From an uncultured Spirochaetota bacterium (GTDB lineage: Bacteria; Spirochaetota; Spirochaetia; SZUA-6; Fen-1364), in contig CAWGAA010000001.1 in assembly GCA_963820525.1 (NCBI GenBank), positions 1,984,001 through 2,048,000 of the forward strand: DNA of 64,000 nucleotides, written 5' to 3'. Shown piece by piece: positions 54,676 to 62,943 of the stretch. Below the pieces are notes generated by a model. It worked only from the letters and a program-made list of their open reading frames with translations, did no database searches and had not been told where the DNA came from. The position numbers and the translations under genes are program-made. How positions within the stretch are numbered: position 1 is the first letter of the stretch; every line of letters starts with the position of its first letter.

Positions 54676-56468
54676 GCCTTCTCCAATGGGCGGGGAACAC
54701 GGATGGACACGCGCGTACCCTTGCCCGGCTCGCTTTCGATTCTCACCTCCCCCGCATCACCGTAGTACGCCGCGATGCGGCTCACGGCATTGGAAATGCC
54801 GATATGGGACCGATCGCTCGAGAGGGAGCTTTCCAGGGTCTCCTTGCTCATCCCGCAGCCGTTGTCCTGGATCAGGATCGACAGCGCGCCCCGCTCTCCC
54901 GGGGCTATCTCTATCTTCAGGAGCCCTCCGCCGCTGACATTCGCGAAGCCGTGCACGATCGCGTTCTCCAGAAAGGGCTGCATGAGAAGCTTATAGACGG
55001 GGAACGATTCCACCGCGAGGTTGACGCGCAGATCGAGATCGAAAGCGTGGCTGAATCTGACCTGCTGGATCTCGACATACTGCCGGATCCATTCGACCTC
55101 CTCCGCGACCGTCACCACGCCGTTGCTCTTGCTGATGCCGTAGCGCAGGATCCGGCCGAGGCCGGATACCATGGCGCTGATCTCGTTTTCGTTCTTCTCG
55201 ATGGCCATCCAGTTGATGCAGTCCAGCGTATTGTAGAGGAAATGCGGGTTCAGCTGGGCTTCCAGGGCTCGGATCTCCGATTCCTTGCGCTTCTGCGTCT
55301 CGGTGTACACCGCGTCCCTCTCGTGCTGGAGCTTCACCATGAGCGCATGGATCTCCTCTATCATTTCATCGAAGCCGCGTGCCAGGTAGGAAAACTCGTC
55401 GTTCCGCCCGGCGAGCTTCTCCGTCTTCACGAAATTCCCGCTCTGGGCCGAGCGCATGACGGACACAAGCTCGCCGACGGCACCGGAGAACCGCCTCGTG
55501 AACACGACGATGACGAAAAGGGAGACGAAGACCAGGCCGCCCATGAGGAGGAAGCTCGCGAGCGCCAGGATATCGACCTCGCGGAAGAACGCGTCTCGGC
55601 TGACCACGCTCACGATGGTCCAGCCGAGGTCGGGCACGCGAACGCGGTTGATGAAGGTCCTTCCTGCGGTGAGCAGGGCGTTCTGCTTGAGGAATCGCGA
55701 AAGCTCGCCATCCGTCGGGGACGTGCCGTCGGAGCCTTCGATGCCCTTGCCGATGAGGGCCTTGACGGGAAACGACACGATGCGGCCGTTTGAATCGAGG
55801 ATGAACGTGATCGAGTTCCTCATCCCGGAGCAGATCTCGGCAAGGATCCGCTCGTCGATGCTCAATACGAGGACGCCCAGCAGCTTGTGGTCTCGAAGGT
55901 CGTAGTACGGCAGGGGGAGGTGAAAGAGGTTCTTGACCAGAGGGGCCGGCGTCGCGTAGGTCATCGACATCGTAGGGATGACGGCGGAACGCCCCGCCTT
56001 TCCCGCGTCGTAGAGCAGGGTTTTTGTCGCTTTCAGGGTGAGGGGCGATTGGCCCAGAGAGTCTATCCCCTTCTCGTATCCAGAGATCTCCAGGTTGGGC
56101 CAGATGAAGGTGATGGCCTGGATCTCGTCCTTGCTGAAAGCCAGGGAGAAAAAACGCGTTTTCAGCTGCTTGTTGGTAACCGCTTTTTCGGTGGCATCCC
56201 CCGACTCGAAGCCCCTGATCAGGGGGAAAAGCGATTCGTCGCCGAAGATCTGCAGGAGCAGGTATCGATACGCGTCATTGTGGCTCTCGAGGTTCTTGCC
56301 GATCTGGGCGAGGTTGCTGTCGATCAGCGCGGCAACGCGGCGGGAGAAATAGATGGAAGAAAACCCGTACATGAGCATGGTGATGACGAGGATGGGGAGG
56401 ACGGAGATGAAGATGTACATGAATATCAATTTCGCCCGTATACCGAACGGGCGGATCAATGGAAACAT
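54672..56468 (-). CDS. YesM-type sensor histidine kinase (Cache, HAMP)
   Basis: Two TM helices, HAMP, LEAQLNPHFLYNTL, QP..ENA..HG, DNG.G and G.GT motifs. Confidence 0.93.
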   Translation of the reverse strand: MFPLIRPFGIRAKLIFMYIFISVLPILVITMLMYGFSSIYFSRRVAALIDSNLAQIGKNLESHNDAYRYLLLQIFGDESLFPLIRGFESGDATEKAVTNKQLKTRFFSLAFSKDEIQAITFIWPNLEISGYEKGIDSLGQSPLTLKATKTLLYDAGKAGRSAVIPTMSMTYATPAPLVKNLFHLPLPYYDLRDHKLLGVLVLSIDERILAEICSGMRNSITFILDSNGRIVSFPVKALIGKGIEGSDGTSPTDGELSRFLKQNALLTAGRTFINRVRVPDLGWTIVSVVSRDAFFREVDILALASFLLMGGLVFVSLFVIVVFTRRFSGAVGELVSVMRSAQSGNFVKTEKLAGRNDEFSYLARGFDEMIEEIHALMVKLQHERDAVYTETQKRKESEIRALEAQLNPHFLYNTLDCINWMAIEKNENEISAMVSGLGRILRYGISKSNGVVTVAEEVEWIRQYVEIQQVRFSHAFDLDLRVNLAVESFPVYKLLMQPFLENAIVHGFANVSGGGLLKIEIAPGERGALSILIQDNGCGMSKETLESSLSSDRSHIGISNAVSRIAAYYGDAGEVRIESEPGKGTRVSIRVPRPLEKA

Positions 56469-56474
56469 CGCGTA

Positions 56475-56502
56475 ATGATACCGCCGTCCCAGCCGCCGTC
56501 AA
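56475..56502 (-). promoter_or_regulatory. sigma70-type promoter (leaderless) of the two-component/ABC locus
   Basis: Minus strand TTGACG-N16-TATCAT-N6-ATG (56468). Confidence 0.55.
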
Positions 56503-56626
56503 GGCGGATGCACTGGTAGCGTCCGCTCTCGCAAATCCGTGGTTGGCGGCGAGGCGTCCAGCAGGGGGGCCATCATAGCGGTCAAAAAGCCGGCTTGGCG
56601 TGAGAGATGGGTCGCAAAAAAAATAC

Positions 56627-56672
56627 TTGACACGTTGGGATTTCAAGGCTACTGTATAAACAGGCATTTATA
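56627..56672 (+). promoter_or_regulatory. promoter and putative ArsR operator
   Basis: TTGACA (56627), N17, TACTGT (56650). Palindrome TATAAA-N6-TTTATA (56655-56672) covers the predicted transcription start. Confidence 0.65.
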
Positions 56673-56675
56673 TCT

Positions 56676-56975
56676 ATGGCAATTTATATGGCGGAGCTGG
56701 AAACTTTAAGTGCGCTTTTTCAGACTCTTGCGGACGTCAATCGCCTGCGGATCATTTTCTTCTTGGGGCAGGATGAGCGGTCCGTGAATGAGGTCGTGAA
56801 GGCTCTCAAGCTCTCACAACCCCTGGTGTCCCACCACTTGAAGGTTCTGAAGCAGGTCGCGATCGTGCAGACCACACGAGATGGCCCCTTTGTGCTTTAC
56901 CGGCTCACCGACAAGAAATTCACCGCGTCACTCAATCGCTTCCTCTCTGTATTCGAGGAGAAAAGCGAGAATTAA
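56676..56975 (+). CDS. ArsR/SmtB-family transcriptional regulator without cysteines
   Basis: F..LAD..RL.I...L....SV.E....L.LSQP.VSHHLK.L....V...R.G..V.Y.L. Alternative start at 56688. Confidence 0.9.
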   Translation: MAIYMAELETLSALFQTLADVNRLRIIFFLGQDERSVNEVVKALKLSQPLVSHHLKVLKQVAIVQTTRDGPFVLYRLTDKKFTASLNRFLSVFEEKSEN

Positions 56976-56985
56976 AGGGGGTTCT

Positions 56986-57549
56986 ATGGGATTAAAGGAA
57001 CGGATGATGGATGGCATGATGGACAAGATGTCCGCCGAGGAAAAACAAAAGGCCATGGAAGCAATGATGGAGAAGTTCCTTGACGGGCTTCCATCCGAGG
57101 AACGCGGCAAAATGATGGAGGGTATGATGGAGAAGTTTCTCGGCGGCATGAGCGCTGAGGAACGGAACGCCATGATGGCTCGCATGATGCCCAAAATGAT
57201 GGGGTCCATGATGGGAGGAAGAGGCCCAATGGGCATGATGAACATGATGATGGGCGGCGGCCAAAGCTCTGAAGGCGACGCAGAAATGCCGTGGGACATG
57301 TGCCAGAAAATGATGAATACAATGACCGAAGGCACGCAGACCGCGCGTTTTGCCACGCCCGAGGTGCGCGGACTTTTCGACGAATGGGCCGCGCAAATCG
57401 AGGAAGAGATGCTCCAATTCGCAAAGGAAACGGGCGAGGTGGACGTGGAGAAGGCTGCCGAGCACTTCAAGCTGTCGAAGGAAAGCACGATCTATTTCCT
57501 GACCCGCCTGGCTCAAAAGGGAAAGATAACATTCGGAAACAAGGAGTAG
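56986..57549 (+). CDS. methionine-rich repeat protein with C-terminal winged-helix-like domain
   Basis: About 34 Met in 187 aa. Three ~20-aa repeats (xSxEER..MME.MMEKFL.G). C-terminus D.EK.A..F.LS.ES.IY.L..L..KGKI. Confidence 0.75.
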   Translation: MGLKERMMDGMMDKMSAEEKQKAMEAMMEKFLDGLPSEERGKMMEGMMEKFLGGMSAEERNAMMARMMPKMMGSMMGGRGPMGMMNMMMGGGQSSEGDAEMPWDMCQKMMNTMTEGTQTARFATPEVRGLFDEWAAQIEEEMLQFAKETGEVDVEKAAEHFKLSKESTIYFLTRLAQKGKITFGNKE

Positions 57550-57551
57550 AA

Positions 57552-58385
57552 ATGGAATCCACGTATTTGCAGGATACCATCGGTGCAGATTGCGCGTGTT
57601 CGACTGAAAAATGCGACATGCTCGATTTCATGGCCCAACACATGGGCATGAAGGTGCTGCACCCGGGCGGCTTCCAGGCCACGAACAGGCTGGTGGAGGC
57701 CATGCGACTGGAGGGCGGACCGGGCCTGCTGGACATCGCCTGCGGCAAGGGTACAAGCAGCCTCTATTTCGCGAAAACTCTCGGGTGCCAAGTCACCGGC
57801 ATAGACATGAACGAGGTGCTTTTGCGCACGGCGGAAAAGGACGCGCGAAAAAAGAGAACCGGAAAAAGGATCATTTTCAAGCTCGGCAACGCGGAGGCCC
57901 TTCCCTTTGAAGACAACGCCTTCGACGCCGCCGTGTTTCAGGCCGTGCTTGTGCTCGTGGATGACATGGAAAAGGCCGTGTCCGAGTCCTTTCGCGTACT
58001 ACAGCCCGGCGGCACACTCGGCATGCTTGAAATCTGCTGGCTCAAGGAACCAACGCCTGAGTTGCTGGAGATCGCGAAAAGAGACGTGTGCGCTTATTGT
58101 ATCGCGCGGGCGAAAACCGTGGGGGGGTGGAGGGACCTGCTCATGCGCGCCGGGTTCGCTATCAACCACCTGTCGAGCTATTCAATGGAATCGCAACGCA
58201 TCGGGAGCGACGAAACCATCGGTACAATGATGAAAGCAATGTTCAAGATGGCCGTCGACCCCTCGATCAGAAACCGGATAAAGAAGCTGAACAACTTTTT
58301 CAGTGAGGCCAAGGGCTATTTGGGCTATGCCATCGCTGTGGGGATCAAGCCATCGCGGTCTGCGGATTCAATGGAATCCGCCTGA
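57552..58385 (+). CDS. class I SAM-dependent methyltransferase, Cys-rich
   Basis: LHPGG...T, LLDIACGKG, GID, GNAE.LPF.D..FD and RVL.PGG motifs, plus CxC...C and CxxC. AAGGAG RBS. Confidence 0.88.
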   Translation: MESTYLQDTIGADCACSTEKCDMLDFMAQHMGMKVLHPGGFQATNRLVEAMRLEGGPGLLDIACGKGTSSLYFAKTLGCQVTGIDMNEVLLRTAEKDARKKRTGKRIIFKLGNAEALPFEDNAFDAAVFQAVLVLVDDMEKAVSESFRVLQPGGTLGMLEICWLKEPTPELLEIAKRDVCAYCIARAKTVGGWRDLLMRAGFAINHLSSYSMESQRIGSDETIGTMMKAMFKMAVDPSIRNRIKKLNNFFSEAKGYLGYAIAVGIKPSRSADSMESA

Positions 58386-58397
58386 TTCATTGCCGTT

Positions 58398-59192
58398 TCA
58401 CATCTGGGCTTCGTACGAAGCCGGTTTGGCCGGCGTGAACCACTGATTGATACCGGCGAGGTGGTATTTGCCGAAAACTTTGCCTGCTTCCTGTTCGACG
58501 AAACCGGAAGCCTCAGCGGCGATCACCAGACGGCCGCCGGCGATGGCTTTCGCCGAGGTTTCAAGCATTGCTGTCACATCATTCTCGAAGTCAGCTGCGA
58601 TCTTTTGATCCTGTTCACTTGATTGGGGCAGCATGCCCCGAAAGAAACCCATGACGACGTTTACCCGGAGGGTGTTGCCCATATCGACCTTCCAGCCGCC
58701 GCCGCCTTTCACCAGCGCTATCCAGGCCGCGCGCCACTCCAGGGGCACCGGGCTTTCGGCGGGCGGGATGTTGCCGCGGGTGAGCCTTATCGGTACTCGC
58801 GCCGTGTTCCCATTGACCTGGATGTATTGGTCGTCCAGGTTTTCGAGCGTTTTCTCAATCAGCACTTCGAAGCCGCCGTCTATCCTGGGGAAAAAGACGA
58901 ACGAGAATCCTTTGAATTGCATCGGATCCTTGAAGAACTTCGCGGCCCAGGCGTCCTGCAGACTGCGGATCGCGCCATTTTGATGCATCGCCGCCATGAC
59001 CATCGCACCGGCTCCATCGTTGGAAACAATCATACAGCGATCGATGGCCGGCTTGTCATTGGCGCGGATTGCTTTTGCCAAAAGCTCCAGCGCGGCCCGG
59101 ATCTTTTGCTTTTCCGCATCGGTGGGAAGCGAGGCCTCCCCTTGGTTGGCGAGGGATGCGCAGGCCATGAAAACAAGCGTGAATAAAAACAT
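58398..59192 (-). CDS. hypothetical exported protein or lipoprotein (NTF2-like fold possible)
   Basis: Long ORF. Hydrophobic segment ending FMAC; I.V.G.TA.V...LVK..G.WKVD pattern. Start uncertain; the frame is open to 59327. Confidence 0.55.
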   Translation of the reverse strand: MFLFTLVFMACASLANQGEASLPTDAEKQKIRAALELLAKAIRANDKPAIDRCMIVSNDGAGAMVMAAMHQNGAIRSLQDAWAAKFFKDPMQFKGFSFVFFPRIDGGFEVLIEKTLENLDDQYIQVNGNTARVPIRLTRGNIPPAESPVPLEWRAAWIALVKGGGGWKVDMGNTLRVNVVMGFFRGMLPQSSEQDQKIAADFENDVTAMLETSAKAIAGGRLVIAAEASGFVEQEAGKVFGKYHLAGINQWFTPAKPASYEAQM

Positions 59193-59247
59193 CTCGATTA
59201 TCAGCGCGATCCGTGTCCAATGCTTTGCTTTCCATGCATTTTTAATA

Positions 59248-60180
59248 TCAAGACCTCTTTTCAAACGGGACAAACTTCGGAATAAGCAAAGACGGCGAAG
59301 ATCTAGGCGTATTCCTGACAAAGTCATTGAGCGCTTTCAAAGGGAGCTTTGATTCAGGGAACAGGTCACGGATTTTATAAGCATGAGCGCCTTTTTTGAA
59401 CTCATCTTCGAATTTCAACTTTACCACTTCCGCAAAATTATGGAAAAAATAGACATATATCTCGTTATTGTTCAAATCGAAAATGTTTGAATAAACGGTG
59501 AAAACCCCGCTCCCAGAGGGGTTTTCCACGTGAACGAGGTTGAGAATCGAGCGGAAATTCTCAACGTTCGGGTCACTATTGTCATTAAGTTTTTCGGTTG
59601 CCATTTCAAACCTGTCGCATGGATATCCGCCTTTATTGCGATTGTTCGGGAAGAAATTTGTGCAGACCATGAAACTCCCTTGTTTGCGAATAATATCCAC
59701 GTCTTCGCCGTTTTTCCCGGGACCTCCAATTATTACGGCGTCTCCTTTCCGGTCGACAACCATCAACTGCCCCTGTGTTGCGAGATCCTGAAAAGCATAT
59801 TCATCGACTACTTTCAATACTTCCTCAACGGTTGCACATTCTTCCATGATTTTATCCATCAAAGGCCGGTCGTACAGTTTCTTATTCCCGGAGAATTTCA
59901 GATTGGAAGGAGGCGTTGAAGCACCGTCAAAACACAATCCGTGGTCATTCATGCCCCCCTGCGGGAATCCGTTATTGTACCCGAAATACAATCTGCCGTA
60001 TTTTCCGGCTTCCGGCGGGAAAAACCATATATTCGTATCGGCATCCATAAAATCCTCATTATTGCCGAACCAGGTCTTTCCGTTCAGGGTTGACATGAAA
60101 AAGGTGCAGGCAAAGCCGGAATAATTTATCAAAAAAATAAACATAGAAACAAAGAGAATTCTATTCAACATATTTTTCAA
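59248..60180 (-). CDS. exported Ntn-hydrolase (C45 / choloylglycine hydrolase-like)
   Basis: Signal peptide ending GFA followed by Cys (CTFF...FGNNED), plus QGGMN..GL.FD, TV.E, TNF, C.R and TVYS.IFD motifs. Confidence 0.78.
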   Translation of the reverse strand: MKNMLNRILFVSMFIFLINYSGFACTFFMSTLNGKTWFGNNEDFMDADTNIWFFPPEAGKYGRLYFGYNNGFPQGGMNDHGLCFDGASTPPSNLKFSGNKKLYDRPLMDKIMEECATVEEVLKVVDEYAFQDLATQGQLMVVDRKGDAVIIGGPGKNGEDVDIIRKQGSFMVCTNFFPNNRNKGGYPCDRFEMATEKLNDNSDPNVENFRSILNLVHVENPSGSGVFTVYSNIFDLNNNEIYVYFFHNFAEVVKLKFEDEFKKGAHAYKIRDLFPESKLPLKALNDFVRNTPRSSPSLLIPKFVPFEKRS

Positions 60181-60192
60181 TCTACCTCAATA

Positions 60193-61836
60193 TTATTCGG
60201 TTGGGATAAACTCAACATCGTCGAGGTAAAAATTATCACCTCCCGCCTCATTATAAGTGCAGTACCATTCCAATGTGTGTTCGCCACTTGGAATTTGAAA
60301 AATATATTCCTTCCAACTAAAATAGGTTGAATTTGTGAACAATTGCATAGAAGTATCTATGGAAAAAGCTAATGAATAATCCGGATGTATTTGAACCCCA
60401 ACTCCATAAACGCCACCTTGTAGCCAAAATTTGACAATTTGTGGTCCGGTAATGGTCTTTCGCAGCCAGCTGGTTTGGCCTGCAATTGTGCAAGTTCCAT
60501 TTCTAGCGGAATAGCTTCCAGAATGTGTTCTACTATTTAAGAACCAAGGATAATCCCCTCCGGTACTCCATGAGCTCGGCATCCCATTCTCGAAACCTTC
60601 GAACTCTCCAATGGCGATAGTCTTTGTTGTAGAAGAGGTAAGGCCACTACTGTTTTTTACTCCAAGTTTCACAGTAAATGTGGTTTTTTGCACACTGAAC
60701 TGATGTGTAATCGTCGCTGTTGTGGAGTATCCTGTATCCCATGTACCATCATTCTCAAAATCCCAGCGGTATTCGAGGCTTCCTCCACCCGGATTGGTGG
60801 AACTGGATGCATCAAATGAGAATGGTGTATTTATTGTTCCGGCGGAAGGCGTTACGGTAAAAGAGGCCTGCGGGCTCTGGCTGCTTGTGACGATAATATC
60901 CTTTGAAATACCCCCTGTAAGCTCATATTTATCTTTCGCTTCAAGTTTTACAGTATGCACGCCTGCAGTCGTATAGATATGTGTCGCTGTTTTTGTCGTT
61001 GTCCAATCCACGTCAAAGGTGCCATCGTTTTCAAAGTCCCAGCGTACTTTGATCTCGCTTAATGAGGTGTCGTCGTCCGATGCTGAGGCATCAAAGGTAA
61101 TGGTCTCATTTATCCATGAACTTGCGGGAGACCAGGTGAAGTTTGCAAGCGGCGGCTGGCTTGAAACTACGTTTATATCCTGTGTTTTAAAACCTACAAG
61201 GTCGAACCTGTCCCTGACCTCAAGCCTTACGGTAAATGTTCCCGCTGTTTCAAAGATATGGGTCGTTATCTTTGTGGGAGTCCAGTCCACGTCGAATGAG
61301 CCGTCATTCTCAAAGTCCCAGCGTATTTCAAGCTCTTCCTGAGGCGTATCATCATCAGAGGAGCCGGACGCGTCAAAAGAAACCGCAGAGCCGACGGCGA
61401 TATTTGTAGGGGAGTGGCTAATGGAAGCGCTTGGCGCCTTGCTATCATAGGTCGTGACGGTCTTCGTTATCTTATCAGTATGCCCCTCATCATTCTTTAC
61501 CTCGAGCGTGCATTCATAGGTTCCCACACCTGGATATTGATAATAGGCTTTGGGATTCAGAGTAAAGGCTGTATCGAAGGTGCCGTCGTTTGTAAAGTCC
61601 CAGCGATATGAGAGTGCGCTTGCCGTAGGGCTTAAAGAGGCACTGCCATCAAGCTCTGCCGGTCCGTTTATCGCTACGGATAATCCCCCATTTGCCGTAA
61701 AATCCGCAGTAGGTATTGAATATTTCGCACTGCCTGGATCCCATGGGTTTTCCCTCAGTTTTTGAGGCTCACAAGAGAAGAACAAAGCTGCAATAATGAA
61801 TACTATAAACAAGAGCCTGTTTTTCATGATTGCCAC
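60193..61836 (-). CDS. surface lipoprotein with four PKD domains and a C-terminal beta-sandwich
   Basis: Lipobox FFSC with NPWDP. Four repeats of P.A.F...F/LDAS.S....L..RWDF.NDG..D....H.Y/F...G...V.L.V at about 280-bp period. Alternative start at 61827. Confidence 0.85.
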   Translation of the reverse strand: MAIMKNRLLFIVFIIAALFFSCEPQKLRENPWDPGSAKYSIPTADFTANGGLSVAINGPAELDGSASLSPTASALSYRWDFTNDGTFDTAFTLNPKAYYQYPGVGTYECTLEVKNDEGHTDKITKTVTTYDSKAPSASISHSPTNIAVGSAVSFDASGSSDDDTPQEELEIRWDFENDGSFDVDWTPTKITTHIFETAGTFTVRLEVRDRFDLVGFKTQDINVVSSQPPLANFTWSPASSWINETITFDASASDDDTSLSEIKVRWDFENDGTFDVDWTTTKTATHIYTTAGVHTVKLEAKDKYELTGGISKDIIVTSSQSPQASFTVTPSAGTINTPFSFDASSSTNPGGGSLEYRWDFENDGTWDTGYSTTATITHQFSVQKTTFTVKLGVKNSSGLTSSTTKTIAIGEFEGFENGMPSSWSTGGDYPWFLNSRTHSGSYSARNGTCTIAGQTSWLRKTITGPQIVKFWLQGGVYGVGVQIHPDYSLAFSIDTSMQLFTNSTYFSWKEYIFQIPSGEHTLEWYCTYNEAGGDNFYLDDVEFIPTE

Positions 61837-61838
61837 CC

Positions 61839-62693
61839 CTAATAGCTTAGCCGTACTGAAAGATACATGCCATCATTTGTAGGCATTATATTGAATGCAT
61901 ATCCGGTTACAGGCTCCGTATAAAGCATCATATACACCGAAATACCCGTAAGTATGGCACCCCCAGCCCAGAGCCCAATGCTTGTCCAGAAAAGGGCCTT
62001 CGATGTTTGATATGATGAGGTATATTTGTTCCAAAGAGACGTATAATCGGGGCCTACGCCTGAGGCATTGTTGTATTCATTCAAGAAACCTACCGAGTCT
62101 TTTTGATACTGATCAGAATAATAATAGGTAGCAAACCCTCCCCCTACCGATGCAAGCCCGGCTACCAGCATCCCAATTCCAATGCCCAATGATGGATGCT
62201 TTGCCGGGGGTTTCATTCCAAAAAGCTCGGAAACGCATATGTCAGTCGCAAATTCAAGGCCATCCAATTCCGCAGACTTTCCTCTCGAGGTTCCAACTAC
62301 CTCCGTGGTATTCACATCGACAATTTGAAGGGTTACAGTGTAAAAAGAGCCAAATCTACCACAGCTTCCAAATATCATGTACTGGGCTTGGAGGAATTTC
62401 CCAATCTTTATTGCACAAGAGGATTCATCACACATCACGGAAAGCCCAAATTCCTGCTCTTTGAGGATACTATCCCTTGATTCTCTGGATATAATTCTAT
62501 ATTTGGCTTTGCCGTACTTGTATACAGAATTGAAGACAAAATCAGAAACGAAACCCGCTTCTGATTCCGAGATTCCCTCCCGGAGAACTATATCCATAAT
62601 GCCTAGAACAGGGATATCCTCGGAATATGAAAAATAAGATAAGAAGGTAAATGCTATTATTATAATTAGAAGTTTAGATTTTCTTGTTTTCAT
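61839..62693 (-). CDS. exported protein with CsgG/FlgO-like N-terminal domain and hydrophobic C-terminus
   Basis: Signal peptide, R...IL.EQ.F....C....CA.KIG..L.A.Y...G....G..Y.V...VDV.T.EV, two Gly-rich hydrophobic helices, and a terminal beta-strand ending in Y. Confidence 0.65.
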   Translation of the reverse strand: MKTRKSKLLIIIIAFTFLSYFSYSEDIPVLGIMDIVLREGISESEAGFVSDFVFNSVYKYGKAKYRIISRESRDSILKEQEFGLSVMCDESSCAIKIGKFLQAQYMIFGSCGRFGSFYTVTLQIVDVNTTEVVGTSRGKSAELDGLEFATDICVSELFGMKPPAKHPSLGIGIGMLVAGLASVGGGFATYYYSDQYQKDSVGFLNEYNNASGVGPDYTSLWNKYTSSYQTSKALFWTSIGLWAGGAILTGISVYMMLYTEPVTGYAFNIMPTNDGMYLSVRLSY

Positions 62694-62943
62694 TTAAGTA
62701 TTTCTCCTTTTTAATGCTTATCTTGCCAGCAATGCCAGATAACATGAAGCTTGGTTGCGCCGCTGCTAGGGAGTGCTACATTTAGTGAGGACAGGTAACA
62801 TTTGGGCATAGCGAATCCTCTCTCTTATAGACAAAGAGCATAGCACGGCAGGTTCTGCAAGTAAAGCGATTAGTCGAAACCGTTACAAATAACGATCCCC
62901 TCCTCTCCAGCGGATTGCGCAGTTCTTTTAGAGCGCTTGACAA

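Noticed and set aside
57552..58385. Arsenite methyltransferase (arsM), suggested by the ArsR neighbour
   Set aside because: It lacks the ArsM GCGNP and SNCV motifs, and the ArsR has no arsenic-binding cysteines.
60700..61650. ~280-bp periodic DNA repeats as CRISPR or mobile repeats
   Set aside because: They are in-frame PKD domain repeats (RWDFxNDG) within a CDS.
62700..62943. Possible integron attC site in the low-GC block
   Set aside because: There is a GTTA-like end but no matching RYYYAAC arm. The other intergenic gaps are only 2-55 bp, and no integrase is visible.
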